From IMG/VR virus record IMGVR_UViG_3300006175_000009, positions 1 to 64,000 of that record: a stretch of 64,000 bases of DNA. One strand, 5' to 3'. The notes beneath the pieces are model-generated. The model was given only the letters and a program-made list of their open reading frames with translations, searched no databases and was not told the DNA's origin. Shown one piece after another: positions 24,983-35,900 of this stretch. Each line of letters begins with the position of its first letter. Position 1 is the stretch's first letter. Made by a program: the position numbers and the translations under genes. This stretch comes from a virus.

Positions 24983-27529
24983 TTAAGCGATCTGCACCAG
25001 CCCGGACGGGAAAGATCCACCGCCAGCCAGTGTGTTGTACGTCATCTGTGTGATAGGTGCGAAGGTCGGAACGCACTCGGGCGAAAAGAGCATCATGATC
25101 GAGTTGATGTAGAGGCTCTGCCCGCTTGCCAGGCTCTGCACCAGAGGAACGATTCGAGCGAACCTCGCTCCGGCCACAGGGTTGTAGAAAGCGACCTGGT
25201 CCTTCCACGTGTTCGCTGGAATGTTGAAGGTGGTGTAGTTCGAGGTGCTGATGTAGTTGCCGTTGGAATCGTACCAGTCAACGGACAGGTCGATCTGCTG
25301 ATTTGCCACGGTGCAGTAGAACTTGCACGCAACCATGTAGAAGAAGGAGTTGAACGATGAGTTCGCATCTCCCACTTCGGAAGCCCAACTTGTGACCACT
25401 GGCAGGAATTCGGACTGAACCTTGCTCTGGGCGGTTCCGGTCGAAAGGATTCGGCCTGATAGACCACTGACTCCGGTTGCCGGAGATGGTGAGGACACCA
25501 CTGAGAACGTAGCTCCACCAATTGGGGTGTAGTACGTGGTTCCGGCCAGGAAGAGCGGGTCGCGGTTCAGTGGCGTCAGGTTGCTCATGGTCCCTTCTGC
25601 AACCCCGGTGACCAGGTTCTTGTAGTTCTTGGTCCAGGTGGTGGCCTTGCTTGCCAGGTGCTGTAGATTTGAGTAGCGATTGAAGTCGTTACCCGGAGAG
25701 AGGAGGTAGTCCTCCCATGTGTGAACCAGCTTGGAAGGGACTCCCGCTGCGGTGTAGGTCTGGGCACCCTGGCTGAATAGTCCGATGGGGATAGCCACAG
25801 GAGTGTTCAACGGGTTGCCGTTTTGCCCGATGACAGTTACCGAACTCCAGGCTCCGTCCACGTCGTTGTTGTTGAAGTGACGGGTTCGCTGAAGAGCATT
25901 GGAAAGGTTCTGAACTCCATTGGCGAACCCCACCTGAACGTATGAACTTGAGTCCACTCCAGGGCCTACCTGAACCACGATATGGTAGGTAGTACCTGAA
26001 ACCAGCGAGTAGTTGTAGTCAGGCAGGGGGACGGAAATACGTGGAACTGGACTGAGGGTTGCCGAGATGATGGTTCCGGAGTTCGGGGCCATTCGAAACA
26101 ACTGCCACTGGCCGGAGTTTCCGGTCTGGAATGCAGCCCAAGGCGCGACAATTGCCTCAGTCCAGCGGAACATTTCCCACTGCGGGGCGAAGTCTCCATT
26201 GGCGGCAGTAAGAACCTGACAGAAGCTGGTGTTTCCAGAGCCACCTGAGCTGACTAGGCCCCCCATAAGGGCAATGCAGGAGTCGGTGACGACAAAGCTC
26301 GACTGACCGCCGCCCTGGGCAACTACACCGATTGGGAGGGTAGGGCCCTTCTGCCAGGTTCCGATGATGTTTCCGGTCACCGGGTCTAGGTTGGCGATCC
26401 AGACGTTGGTGACACCAGCTCCACCACCGCCACCAGTGATGCTTGTAGCGCCTCCGGCGTAGATCAGGAAGTTGCCCAGAACGGCCATGTAGCCACCCCA
26501 GGTAGCAACCGGCACAGTCGGACCGCTGTTCCAGGAACTGATCTGCCCGTTGGACGGAGTGGTGTAGTAGACGTTCGAGTTGACGTTACCCGCCGTGTCC
26601 ACGCCACCCGCGATATAGACCGTGTTCGTAACGGGGTTGACCGCCGACACGGAGTAGTTCATCACGGAGGGAAGGGACGCCTGAGCCGACCAGGACCCGA
26701 TGACACCCGTCAGGTTGGACCAGGAGGCCGTGTAGACGGTGTTCAGGGCGCTGGAGTTGGTCCGTCCACCCATGTAGACCACCGTGTTGCTAGTGGCCGC
26801 CAGAGCGCCTCCGTAGGACGCTGAAGGGATGGCTGGCATGGCGATGGCTCCACCCATGGTGGTTCCACCGAGGTACTGAGCTACAGCGGTTGTGGTGGTC
26901 GGGTTACCGCCTGAGTCCTGTCCGCCAGCCATGAGGAAGAAGTTGCCGCTGTAGGTGGATGAGCTGAAGCCTGATGAAGACGAACCGGAGGTCGATGAAG
27001 GGCCAACCCAGTTCGAAGAAGTGGCTCCACCAGCCAGTGCCATGGTGTTGAACATCGGGTGCGCCAGGGGTCCGCCCTGAGAAAGGCCGTACTGCGCACC
27101 GAGGTTGGCCAGCCAGTTGGCAGGAATGAGAGTCTGGGCAAGTGGGGCCGCGACGTTAGGTGATGTTCCTCCGCCGTTGTCTGTGCACAGGCTGACCTTG
27201 ACTGGCGCACCGTTGTTGATGGCCAGCAAGGGAAGCGTTACCCGAAAGACAGTTCCCGTGAAGCCACTGGGGAGAACGAACGGCTGGGTGTAGTCCAGGG
27301 TCGCCTTGTTGGTTACCCAGGTGAAGTTGGTTCCGCCGGTCACAGGGGTTGTCGGAGCCACGGGATCGCCGATGTAGCACGGCACGTTCGTGTGAGTGCC
27401 GAGGAACTGGTTGATGTGGTCAGACTTGTTCGTCCCGGTCACGTCGGTGGTTCCGGTCGGGCGAACTAGGCCATTGTGGGCTGCCTGCCAGTACGGAGGG
27501 TTGTTGGGCGATCCCGAGATGTAAGTCAT
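24983..27529 (-). CDS. tail-tip / receptor-binding protein with Kelch-like beta-propeller and C-terminal carbohydrate-binding-like domain
   Basis: Repeated Y/FxxGG...W units; Thr/Ser/Gly-rich; end of tail module. Confidence 0.7.
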   Translation of the reverse strand: MTYISGSPNNPPYWQAAHNGLVRPTGTTDVTGTNKSDHINQFLGTHTNVPCYIGDPVAPTTPVTGGTNFTWVTNKATLDYTQPFVLPSGFTGTVFRVTLPLLAINNGAPVKVSLCTDNGGGTSPNVAAPLAQTLIPANWLANLGAQYGLSQGGPLAHPMFNTMALAGGATSSNWVGPSSTSGSSSSGFSSSTYSGNFFLMAGGQDSGGNPTTTTAVAQYLGGTTMGGAIAMPAIPSASYGGALAATSNTVVYMGGRTNSSALNTVYTASWSNLTGVIGSWSAQASLPSVMNYSVSAVNPVTNTVYIAGGVDTAGNVNSNVYYTTPSNGQISSWNSGPTVPVATWGGYMAVLGNFLIYAGGATSITGGGGGAGVTNVWIANLDPVTGNIIGTWQKGPTLPIGVVAQGGGQSSFVVTDSCIALMGGLVSSGGSGNTSFCQVLTAANGDFAPQWEMFRWTEAIVAPWAAFQTGNSGQWQLFRMAPNSGTIISATLSPVPRISVPLPDYNYSLVSGTTYHIVVQVGPGVDSSSYVQVGFANGVQNLSNALQRTRHFNNNDVDGAWSSVTVIGQNGNPLNTPVAIPIGLFSQGAQTYTAAGVPSKLVHTWEDYLLSPGNDFNRYSNLQHLASKATTWTKNYKNLVTGVAEGTMSNLTPLNRDPLFLAGTTYYTPIGGATFSVVSSPSPATGVSGLSGRILSTGTAQSKVQSEFLPVVTSWASEVGDANSSFNSFFYMVACKFYCTVANQQIDLSVDWYDSNGNYISTSNYTTFNIPANTWKDQVAFYNPVAGARFARIVPLVQSLASGQSLYINSIMMLFSPECVPTFAPITQMTYNTLAGGGSFPSGLVQIA

Positions 27530-28017
27530 TAGTTGTGAATCCTGATGGCTGTGATCTTGGTGGAGGTGTTGTTGATCGTTAGGTTTGCACCTGTGACCTG
27601 GTACGGATACATCTCGAAGTAGTCGGAGGTCCCATTGAAGAAGGACACTCCAGAGCAGTTCATGACGCTGTGGTAGTACGAATCCGTGATGGTAGGCAAT
27701 GCCTGAGCAGCAAAGGCACCTGCGGCTCCCAGGTTACCATTCTTCTTCAGGTCAACGTCACGTCCGGAGTTGTTGCTTGTCTGAAAGTCTAGCTGCCCGA
27801 TTACCAGGTAGTAACCAGCGAGACGGGGAGTGATCCTGGTCGGAGTTCCAGCAGACCACATGCCATAGGGATCGACGTTTGGTGCAGGCCAAGTCAGAGG
27901 CGTGTTGACATAACCCGATGGCCAGCTAACGGCGGAGCCCAGGACGATCTGGATGAAGGGCTGAGATGCCAGCGTGTCGATCTGGGTCGAGTGGATCAGC
28001 TCAAGCGGAGAAGGCAT
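27529..28017 (-). CDS. C1q/TNF-like tail-tip protein, paralog 3
   Basis: Start MPSPLEL at 28017; DPYGMWS...TRITP..AGYYLV, FFNGTSDYFE. Confidence 0.65.
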   Translation of the reverse strand: MPSPLELIHSTQIDTLASQPFIQIVLGSAVSWPSGYVNTPLTWPAPNVDPYGMWSAGTPTRITPRLAGYYLVIGQLDFQTSNNSGRDVDLKKNGNLGAAGAFAAQALPTITDSYYHSVMNCSGVSFFNGTSDYFEMYPYQVTGANLTINNTSTKITAIRIHN

Positions 28018-28532
28018 TAGACGTGCACCTTTACGAGGTTCAGAGAAGTTCGTCCCGCGTCGATGGTGGTGTTGGCTCCAGAGAACTGCCAGCCATAGAC
28101 CTCCATGTAGTCGTTGACTCCGTCGAAGAAGCCAATTCCACTCATGGTCATGGTGAAGATGAAGGCGTTGTCGGTGAACGGCGAGATGGTGTTCTGGACG
28201 AAAGTGCTCACGCCGCCGTTGCCTGCTCCGGTTCCACCACCATTCTTGTTCAGGTTGATGATCCGGGAGCCTGATGCAGCTCCGGTGTCGGCCCAGTCGA
28301 TAACGCAAGTCGCCAGGTAGTAACCAGCCACTGGGGGCTTGATTCGAGTCGGTGAGCCCGAGGACCACATTCCATAGGGGTCGAAAGGTGCGGAGTCCCA
28401 GGGGAGAGGCTGATTCGGGCTGACGAACCCTGTGGTGAAGGTGTGGCTGGCCGTCGTGATGACGCGGCACATCGGAGGTGCGGACAGCACGTCGATCTGG
28501 GTCTGGTGGAAGAGTTCCATCGTGGAAGCCAT
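28017..28532 (-). CDS. C1q/TNF-like tail-tip protein, paralog 2
   Basis: Start MASTMEL at 28532; same motifs. Confidence 0.65.
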   Translation of the reverse strand: MASTMELFHQTQIDVLSAPPMCRVITTASHTFTTGFVSPNQPLPWDSAPFDPYGMWSSGSPTRIKPPVAGYYLATCVIDWADTGAASGSRIINLNKNGGGTGAGNGGVSTFVQNTISPFTDNAFIFTMTMSGIGFFDGVNDYMEVYGWQFSGANTTIDAGRTSLNLVKVHV

Positions 28533-29035
28533 TAGACGTGAATCCTCAGGATAGAAATCTTGGTCTGGGGGGCATTCAGGTTCAGGTTGCTGCCTGTGCC
28601 CTGATAGACGGCTAGCTGGACGAAGTCTGTTGTGCCGTTGAAGAAATCCACTCCAGAGCAATTTACGACGTTGTCATAGTTGTTGTCGCTTGCAGGCGCT
28701 CCGACCACCTGTCCGATGGTCTGAGTTCCCGCACCGCCGTTCTTGGAGATGTTCAGGATTCGAGATCCTGTGGCGTTCTGAGCGAAGGCGACCTGGCCGA
28801 TGACCAGATAGTAACCGGAAATCTGTGGCGTGTACTTGGTCGGGTCCAGTGAGGACCAACCGTTATAGGAGTCGAGATCTGGTGTCGGCCAGGAGACCTT
28901 CGGAACGGATGAAATCGGGGTCGAGGAAGTCACGCTCGCCACGGACTGGGTTGATGCCAGCTTGGCCAAGAACATGGGCTCGGAGATCAGGAGGTCAATC
29001 TGAGCGTGATTGATGAATTCCAGGGTGGCTACCAA
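28532..29035 (-). CDS. C1q/TNF-like tail-tip protein, paralog 1
   Basis: DSYNGWS..PTKYTPQISGYYLV, FFNGTTDFVQL. Confidence 0.65.
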   Translation of the reverse strand: MVATLEFINHAQIDLLISEPMFLAKLASTQSVASVTSSTPISSVPKVSWPTPDLDSYNGWSSLDPTKYTPQISGYYLVIGQVAFAQNATGSRILNISKNGGAGTQTIGQVVGAPASDNNYDNVVNCSGVDFFNGTTDFVQLAVYQGTGSNLNLNAPQTKISILRIHV

Positions 29036-29044
29036 CTCAACTCC

Positions 29045-29872
29045 TTAGGTGACGATGGTGAGAACTCCAGCAGAAGTGCTGACGTTGTTTCGGTAGGACT
29101 GGACATAGCTCATGATTCCAGCCTGCCCGGCCGTATATTCGTAGACAGACGTGATGAAGTTGTTGACGGGGGCAGTTCCGGAAGTCTTACGGAACTGAAC
29201 CGTCCAACGCTGACCTCCGTCTTCCCAGGTTCCCACGATGGATGACCCAAGGTTCTGGACGGAAAGAGGAACCTGATCGTAGATGGCATACGCCAGACCG
29301 AATGCCTGAGCAGTCCACGTGGTTCCGTTGGAAGAGGTCGAGCAAACTCCTCCAGAAGTGGTGGTCGCCTGGACGATTCGGTAGTTGACTCCATCGTTGG
29401 GTCCTGGAGTCGTCACAACCCAGTACTTGGTAGAAGGTGTCAGTCCGGTAACGGGGATCGGAATCAGAAGCGGATAAGGGGCCTGAAAGACAAACTCTCG
29501 GGTCAGGGTGGTGAGAACCAGTGGAGAAGTGATGACCGGGGAGTTCGACCCCGAATCCGGATACAGGCCAACGGTGATCGGTAGCGAGGTTGTTGGGCTT
29601 CCAGGGTTCGAGCAGATCATGTTCAGCGAGATGTAGCCAACCGTGGTCTGAGTCGAAGTGGTGGTGAACGGAATGCCGACATACAGGTTCGTGCACGTCT
29701 GGTTAGTCGTGGTAACAGTGGCTGCGGACGACTGGGCTCGGATGTTCGCCTGGTAGAGAATGGACGCCTGGTGCCCACCCATGAACTGGTTCACCTGGCC
29801 AGCGAAGAGGGCTGAACCCGCGTTGGCTCCAACCCAATCGGGCGTCTGCGGAACGATGAAATTTCCGGGCAT
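29045..29872 (-). CDS. minor tail protein
   Basis: Beta-rich; shares NQF..H and YWVV motifs with neighbours. Confidence 0.6.
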   Translation of the reverse strand: MPGNFIVPQTPDWVGANAGSALFAGQVNQFMGGHQASILYQANIRAQSSAATVTTTNQTCTNLYVGIPFTTTSTQTTVGYISLNMICSNPGSPTTSLPITVGLYPDSGSNSPVITSPLVLTTLTREFVFQAPYPLLIPIPVTGLTPSTKYWVVTTPGPNDGVNYRIVQATTTSGGVCSTSSNGTTWTAQAFGLAYAIYDQVPLSVQNLGSSIVGTWEDGGQRWTVQFRKTSGTAPVNNFITSVYEYTAGQAGIMSYVQSYRNNVSTSAGVLTIVT

Positions 29873-30733
29873 CTAGAGCACCTGAGTCTGGAAGGAGTTC
29901 TGGGAAAGACTGATCGACCTGATGGTCTGGACGTACGTCCTGTTGTTGGAAATCTGTCCAGGCCAGTACTCGTAGTAGCTCGATGCGATGGAACCAATGG
30001 CTCCGTTGCGATAGAAGAGCATGTAGGGGGAATTGTCCCCACCGCCATCGAGAGCAACCCAGGCCAGAAGACCTGTGACGTCGCTGGTGAAGAACTGGAC
30101 GTACATTCCACCGGTCTGGTTCGTCCAGGTGGAACCGGAGTTGGTCGAGGTGGAGTAGTACTGGTTGACGTCGGCTGTGGTCTGGTACTGCCAGAAGTAG
30201 TTCTCGGTTCCGGAACTTGTCCTGGTTCCGCTGATGACTACCCAGTAGAACTGCCCGGACACAACGGAAGTCGAAGGGATGCTGACTGGAACCATGAGGG
30301 TCAGTGGAGTCGCGTACAGGTACTCCTGGGTCATGGTCATCTTGGGAGACTGGGGCGTGATCGGTGCTCCAGGCTTCCCGGCGACGTCGGTCCAAATCTG
30401 CACGCTTACCGGGTCTAGCGAGCCATCAGGGTAAGTACCGAGACCAAAGTTGGTCAGGATGTACCCGATGGACGACCCGTTGGACTGAAAGCGCTGAGCA
30501 ACCCATAGGCCAGTGGTACCGCCAGTGAATGACAAGGTGTTGGTGGGGTTGGCGTTGATCGTGGTCGGACCGATCCCCTGGTAGTACGGGATCATTCCAT
30601 GGGTGAGCAGGAGCTGGTTGGCGTGAGCAGCCAGAGCAGGCTGGGCAGTTCCACCACTTGTCAGCAGTGGTGTGTTGACGTTCCAGCCGTTTCCGGTGGC
30701 CGACTGGTAGTTCGCGTTGTTGACATTTGGCAT
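29873..30733 (-). CDS. minor tail protein
   Basis: Paralog of 29045-29872. Confidence 0.6.
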   Translation of the reverse strand: MPNVNNANYQSATGNGWNVNTPLLTSGGTAQPALAAHANQLLLTHGMIPYYQGIGPTTINANPTNTLSFTGGTTGLWVAQRFQSNGSSIGYILTNFGLGTYPDGSLDPVSVQIWTDVAGKPGAPITPQSPKMTMTQEYLYATPLTLMVPVSIPSTSVVSGQFYWVVISGTRTSSGTENYFWQYQTTADVNQYYSTSTNSGSTWTNQTGGMYVQFFTSDVTGLLAWVALDGGGDNSPYMLFYRNGAIGSIASSYYEYWPGQISNNRTYVQTIRSISLSQNSFQTQVL

Positions 30734-31299
30734 TACTGCCCCAGGAGGTTGAACGTGGCCTGAAGGATCAGGGTGTTCGGGTTGGTGACGGTCACGGTCG
30801 GGGTGAAGACCCAGTGGTCCAGGAGGATGCCAGCGGTCTGCACGTTGGCGTTGCTGGAAGTGCCATTGGCGAAGACTCCCGCCTCACCTACCGTGTAGCT
30901 TGTGGCTGGAGTTGGGAAGTAGAACGTCCAAGTGGCCTGAGAAGCGATCGTAGGGGTGGCTGGAGCGCTTGAACCGGCCCCTACGGTCACTCGTGCCAGT
31001 TCGGCCCCCAGAAGGACGTCAGCGGCCGTTGCAGCCGTTGTGGACGACCCGATAGCCCCCCAGAGCGGGGTCAGGTAGTACGAGGTGGTGACGCCCAGGT
31101 TCGCGGCCTGGTCCTGGATGCCGGAGTACACCAGCGCGTTGGCAATGGCTGTCATGCCTGCCGTACACATGGTGTTCTTGCCATGTCGCTCGTCCACGAC
31201 ATTTCCGTCAGGATCAACGACGTAGACGGACAGGCGTCCCTCGAAACCGATGAAGGCGTCTAGCCCCACGTCACCATTCCCCACTGTCCCATGTCCCAC
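30733..31299 (-). CDS. minor tail / fibre-attachment protein
   Basis: N..C.AG, AIG....A..AD..L..E..R, EAGVF motifs. Confidence 0.6.
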   Translation of the reverse strand: MGHGTVGNGDVGLDAFIGFEGRLSVYVVDPDGNVVDERHGKNTMCTAGMTAIANALVYSGIQDQAANLGVTTSYYLTPLWGAIGSSTTAATAADVLLGAELARVTVGAGSSAPATPTIASQATWTFYFPTPATSYTVGEAGVFANGTSSNANVQTAGILLDHWVFTPTVTVTNPNTLILQATFNLLGQ

Positions 31300-31469
31300 T
31301 TCGGATTCGCCCTTACGTTGGTGGTCATCGTGTCCGAGACCGTTGAGTTCTCATTCGGCTGGGCGAAGTAGCCCTGGAGCGGAACGATAGAGCCCTGGAA
31401 CGACTGACTCTGCTCATTCAGCTGATTGATGATATCAGGAAGGGTATACGGGCGGACAAGTCCCGGCAT
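31260..31469 (-). CDS. small tail protein
   Basis: GGAG RBS; ends in WD.GQWG..TWG. Confidence 0.55.
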   Translation of the reverse strand: MPGLVRPYTLPDIINQLNEQSQSFQGSIVPLQGYFAQPNENSTVSDTMTTNVRANPKWDMGQWGMVTWG

Positions 31470-31478
31470 GTTGTACTC

Positions 31479-32906
31479 CTAGATTCGTACAGCCTTGATG
31501 GAGCAAATCTTGTAGCCCCCCTGGATGAACTGAATGCTGTTCCCGATCACGATGAAAGTCTGATTCGTCAGACCCCAACTGTAGTTGGTTCGGTCGTCCG
31601 GGATGAAGCTGGAGGTGAGCTGGAAGGTCTGTCCTGCCTGAATCCAGCCGAGCCATTCCGGTGAGGTCGAGAAGTTGATGCGCTCCGCCACGAAGGCATA
31701 TTCCTGACGCTGCCGCATGGCACGAGCCTGAGCCATCGGAACCGTGGTCAGAGAGCTGTCGGAGATGTACTCCATGAACACGCCCCCGTTCGGCCCGGTG
31801 TACGTGGTCTGCGAGTTCACGTCGTTCGCCTGAGCGATGATCGGAACCTGGTAGTCGTACCAGAGCTTGATCGTCTGACCACCGGCAGGAGCGCCTGTAG
31901 GTGAGTTCAGGAACCATGAACCGATGACGTTCTGGGCAATGGACCAGCCGGTTCCGGTGAATGAACCACCAGCCGAAACCAGGGTGACAGGGGTGACCGT
32001 GTTGTTCACGGTGAGAACCGGAGAGCCCGTTACGGTGTACCGCAGGGGCCAGGACCGCTGGATTCCATCTGTCAGCCAGGTGTCAGTCGGGTTGTTCTGA
32101 CGGTAGTTCCCGTACTTGATGATCTGGGTCGCACCCTGAACCAGAATGCGGTTACGAACCGATGCTCCGTCCCATTCGTATCCATAGCTGTTTTCGAAGG
32201 AGATGTGTCCTTCGGTCAGGTTCGGAGTGGATGAACCGACGTACGTTGGGTTTGTCGTGAACGTGACACCAGAAGGCTGGGCAGTGGTCTGGTCATAGAA
32301 GTGAAGCTGACGATTCTGGTCTACATACCATCCGTAAGGAGTGGTCTGAGTGGCGAACTTGGCCAGCTTCACCCACGCGGAAGACAGGGTGGAGTAGTTC
32401 AGAACGAAGGACTGAATCAGGGGTGCTGGAGTGACGAATCCGGGAGCACCTGGCGTTGACTGGGAAGTCTGAATGGCCGTGATGCCACAGTTGGCCTGCT
32501 GAGTGAGAGCAACGATGATCTGATCAATCGTCATGCCGATGAAGGTGCCCTGCACGATTGCGTTATCCGCATAGAAGGCGTAGTCTGTGCAGCTCAGGTT
32601 CCAGTAGTTGATGCCATTGAGCGAGTCCAGTGTGACGTGGGTGATCACGCCCGCGAACATGGAGACGTTGGCGGTGTTATCGAAGAACGAAACCTGAGAG
32701 AGAGGCTTGATCACGAACGCCGGGGTACCTGTTGTCGAGTAGTCGTCAACGAGCGTGAAGGTGGCGGTCGAGCCCTGTCGTCCGAAGTTCTGGTTGATGG
32801 TCGGAGAAGCAGCACCCGACCATGCCAGATTGTTCGTGTAGGCCGTGGCCGATCCGCCAGGTGGTGTGACTGTGAACGTCAGTGACGGTGTGGGGATCAG
32901 ACTCAT
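31479..32906 (-). CDS. baseplate hub / distal tail protein
   Basis: Directly after tape measure; FAGVI, C.DY, WYVD...LHF motifs. Confidence 0.7.
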   Translation of the reverse strand: MSLIPTPSLTFTVTPPGGSATAYTNNLAWSGAASPTINQNFGRQGSTATFTLVDDYSTTGTPAFVIKPLSQVSFFDNTANVSMFAGVITHVTLDSLNGINYWNLSCTDYAFYADNAIVQGTFIGMTIDQIIVALTQQANCGITAIQTSQSTPGAPGFVTPAPLIQSFVLNYSTLSSAWVKLAKFATQTTPYGWYVDQNRQLHFYDQTTAQPSGVTFTTNPTYVGSSTPNLTEGHISFENSYGYEWDGASVRNRILVQGATQIIKYGNYRQNNPTDTWLTDGIQRSWPLRYTVTGSPVLTVNNTVTPVTLVSAGGSFTGTGWSIAQNVIGSWFLNSPTGAPAGGQTIKLWYDYQVPIIAQANDVNSQTTYTGPNGGVFMEYISDSSLTTVPMAQARAMRQRQEYAFVAERINFSTSPEWLGWIQAGQTFQLTSSFIPDDRTNYSWGLTNQTFIVIGNSIQFIQGGYKICSIKAVRI

Positions 32907-32924
32907 AAGCCTATGGTATCTCTC

Positions 32925-35900
32925 TTAGTAGTGGATTCGTACTCCCGCCTGAGGCAGAGTCTTGACAGCAACCTGCTCACCGATGCGGCGAACGAGATCC
33001 TGCATGCCCTGCTGTCCGGCGATCACAGCGTTACCGAGGTCAACGTGAACGTGAACGTCTCCGCCGCCAGCAGCTCCCGCTGTCATTCCGCCAGAGGTCA
33101 GCCCCAGGCCAGTTGCCATGACTGTGCCAGCAGCGTTCAGACCATTGACACCGATGTTAACTGCACCCTTGACACCGATGGCCTGTGGTAGCTTACCAGC
33201 CATGTCCGCTACAGCGTTGACTGCCTCACTGGTGTGGGCCACAACGCCCTGAGCGACACCGTGAGGAATCCACTTACCAACTTCCGACGCGAAGAGCCTT
33301 GACGGAGAGCTGATGCCTAGGAAAGACTTAGCCGCGTCGAGAGCGGAGTGAGCCAGATCCTTCAGCTTGCTGAGCAGCGCCCCGCCCGCGTTCTCGACAC
33401 CGGAAATGATACCGTGGACGATGTTCGAGCCCACGCTCATGAACCAAGATCCGATTCCCGAAAGGAAGCTCAGGATGCTGTTGAACCCACCGGAAATCGC
33501 GTTGCCAATGCTGCCCATGAGGCTGGCCAGCTCGTTGTAGGCTTCGCGGAATGGGTTGATGATGTAGCCCTTGACCGAGTTCCAGGCTGAGCTGGCTGCG
33601 GACGCCACGTAGTTCCAGGCAGATGACAGTGTGCTGCCAATGGCGTTACCGATCGAAACCAGGACATTCCAGGCAGACTTGATCGGATTTACGATGTATT
33701 CCTTGATCAAGTTCCAGGCAGCCTGCGCTCCTTCCTTCAGGCCATCCCAGATCATGACAAAGAAGTCCTTGATCGCATTCCAGACGGTCTTGGCCACAGA
33801 AGTGATCGTCTCGTGGAAGTGATTCCAGATCGAGACCAGAACCGCGATCGGGAAGGCGAAGATCACCAGAAGCAGCGGCCACCACTTCTCGAAAAAGCCC
33901 TTGATCGCATCGAACACGGATACGATTCCGCTCCAGATCGCCTGAGCTGCGCCCATCACGGCGGAGACCACTGCGTTCCAGGCAGTTTCGAGTGCATGCC
34001 AAACTGCCAGCGTGGCGGACTTAACTGCTTCGTACGCAGTTTCGATTCCGTGCCACATTGGTAGGATGCCGTTGTCGTAAACCCAGACGGCCGCAGCGGC
34101 GATGGCGTGGAAGGCTGCCTCCAGACCGTGCCAGGTGGCCATCGCTCCTTCCTTGAGCCCGTTCCAGACCGTGTTGACGAAATCGTGGAACCACTTGAAG
34201 TGGTTGTAGGCGTAGACGACACCGACACCGAGAGCCACAAGGGCGGCGATGACAAGCTCGATGGCCAGAACGATGGCACCCAGAGGGTTGGCATCTGCGG
34301 CAGCGTCGAAGGCTACCATGCCAGCCGTACCAGCCTCTTCGGCGGTGGTGAAGAGACCCATGGCAGCACTCAGCACACCGAAGGCGGCACTCAGGGCCTT
34401 GACGGTCTCCGCGACCACCATGAGGGCCTTGAAGCCTGCGACCATGGTGACGACAGCCGCAGCAGCTCCGACAAGAAGCTTGACCAGAGTCTGGTGATGC
34501 TGGATCAGAGTGGCCAGCTTCTCGACCCAAGGCAGGATTGCCTGAACGATCTTGGTGACGATCGGAAGCAGCGTTGTGCCTAGGACGATGCCCGCTGCCG
34601 CGAACGCCTCCTTGGCCTGCTTCATCTTGAAGTTGAGAGTCTCCTGAGTCTGGTTCCAGCCCTGGATCTTACCGTTGGCAGTCCCGGCCGCCCCGGAGAT
34701 CTCGTCCGTCTTGCTCTTAAAGTCCGCCAGGTGGCTACCGGTCAGCATAAGAGCTGCCTGCATGGTGTTCTGGTCACCTGTGGTAGCCTTCAGCGCGGCA
34801 TCGAAGTCCGCGAATCCTGGCTTACCAGACTTCAGCGCGTCGTTGAAGCCGTTGGCCTTCTCGGCTAGAGAGAGGAACTGTGCACCCTGGCCAGCGCCCT
34901 GAGCACCCATCTCCTTGACGGCCTTGGTGTACTCCTTCGCCCCAAGGTTACCGTCCAGGAACTTCTGGGACAGGGCCTGAAGGTTCGGGCTCATGCTCTG
35001 AAGCATGCTGTTCAGCGCGGAACCCGCGTCGGCGGACTGCTTGAACGCCTTCGCCGCGTCCTCTCCACCGGGAGCGATCTTCAGGGCAGCCTGAGTCGCC
35101 AGGTCGAGTGCAGCCGCAAGACCACCAGGACCGTGAAGAGTGTCGGTCATCTGCTGAGCTGTGATGCCAGCCTGGTTCCACGCATTACGCATGGTGTCAG
35201 TGGGTGCCTGGAGCTTCTGAATGGTGTGCGCAAGCTCCTGGGAAGCCTGCTGAGCGCTCATACCCTGCTTGGTCATGACACCAAGCGCTGCGGCGACTTC
35301 TGACAGGCTGACGCCAGCGGAAGACGCGAAAGGCAGAACGGACGAGAGGCTGTTGCCAAGATCCTGCATGGACATACCACCGACCTCGACGGCCTGACCC
35401 AGGATGTTGGACACCTGAGCAGCCGATCCAGCCTTCTCGCCATAGCTGTTCATGGCGTCAGCCACGGACTTCACTGTGGTGGCAAGGTCTGCATGGTGAA
35501 CCTGGGCCATCTCGGAGGCCGAGGTCATGATCTCCATGGACTTGGTGACGTCGCCGGTACGCGAGTTCACCTGGAAGAAGCCGTCAGACAGCTCCTTCGT
35601 AGACACACCAGCCTGTACGGACAGGTCCAGGAGGTACTTTCGCACTTCGTCAATGCGGTCAGCAGAGACACCGGCACCGGTTACAAGGGTGGTGGTGCTC
35701 GCCTGGAAGTCTCCGGCCAGCTTGACGGAAGCCCCGGCAGCGACAAGAATGCCTGCTGAAGCGAGAGTAGCCGCCTTACCGGCAGCCATGATGCCATCCT
35801 TGACCACGGTGCCAGCGTTGGCCACGACGAGGTTCGCGTCGGCAAGGTTTCGCTGAGCACCCTCAAGCTCCCGCGCGGACACAGCAGCAGCGGTCTCAGC

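Noticed and set aside
27529-29035. Diversity-generating retroelement behind the paralogous tip genes
   Set aside because: No reverse transcriptase and no TR/VR pair differing only at adenines; the paralogs are broadly diverged
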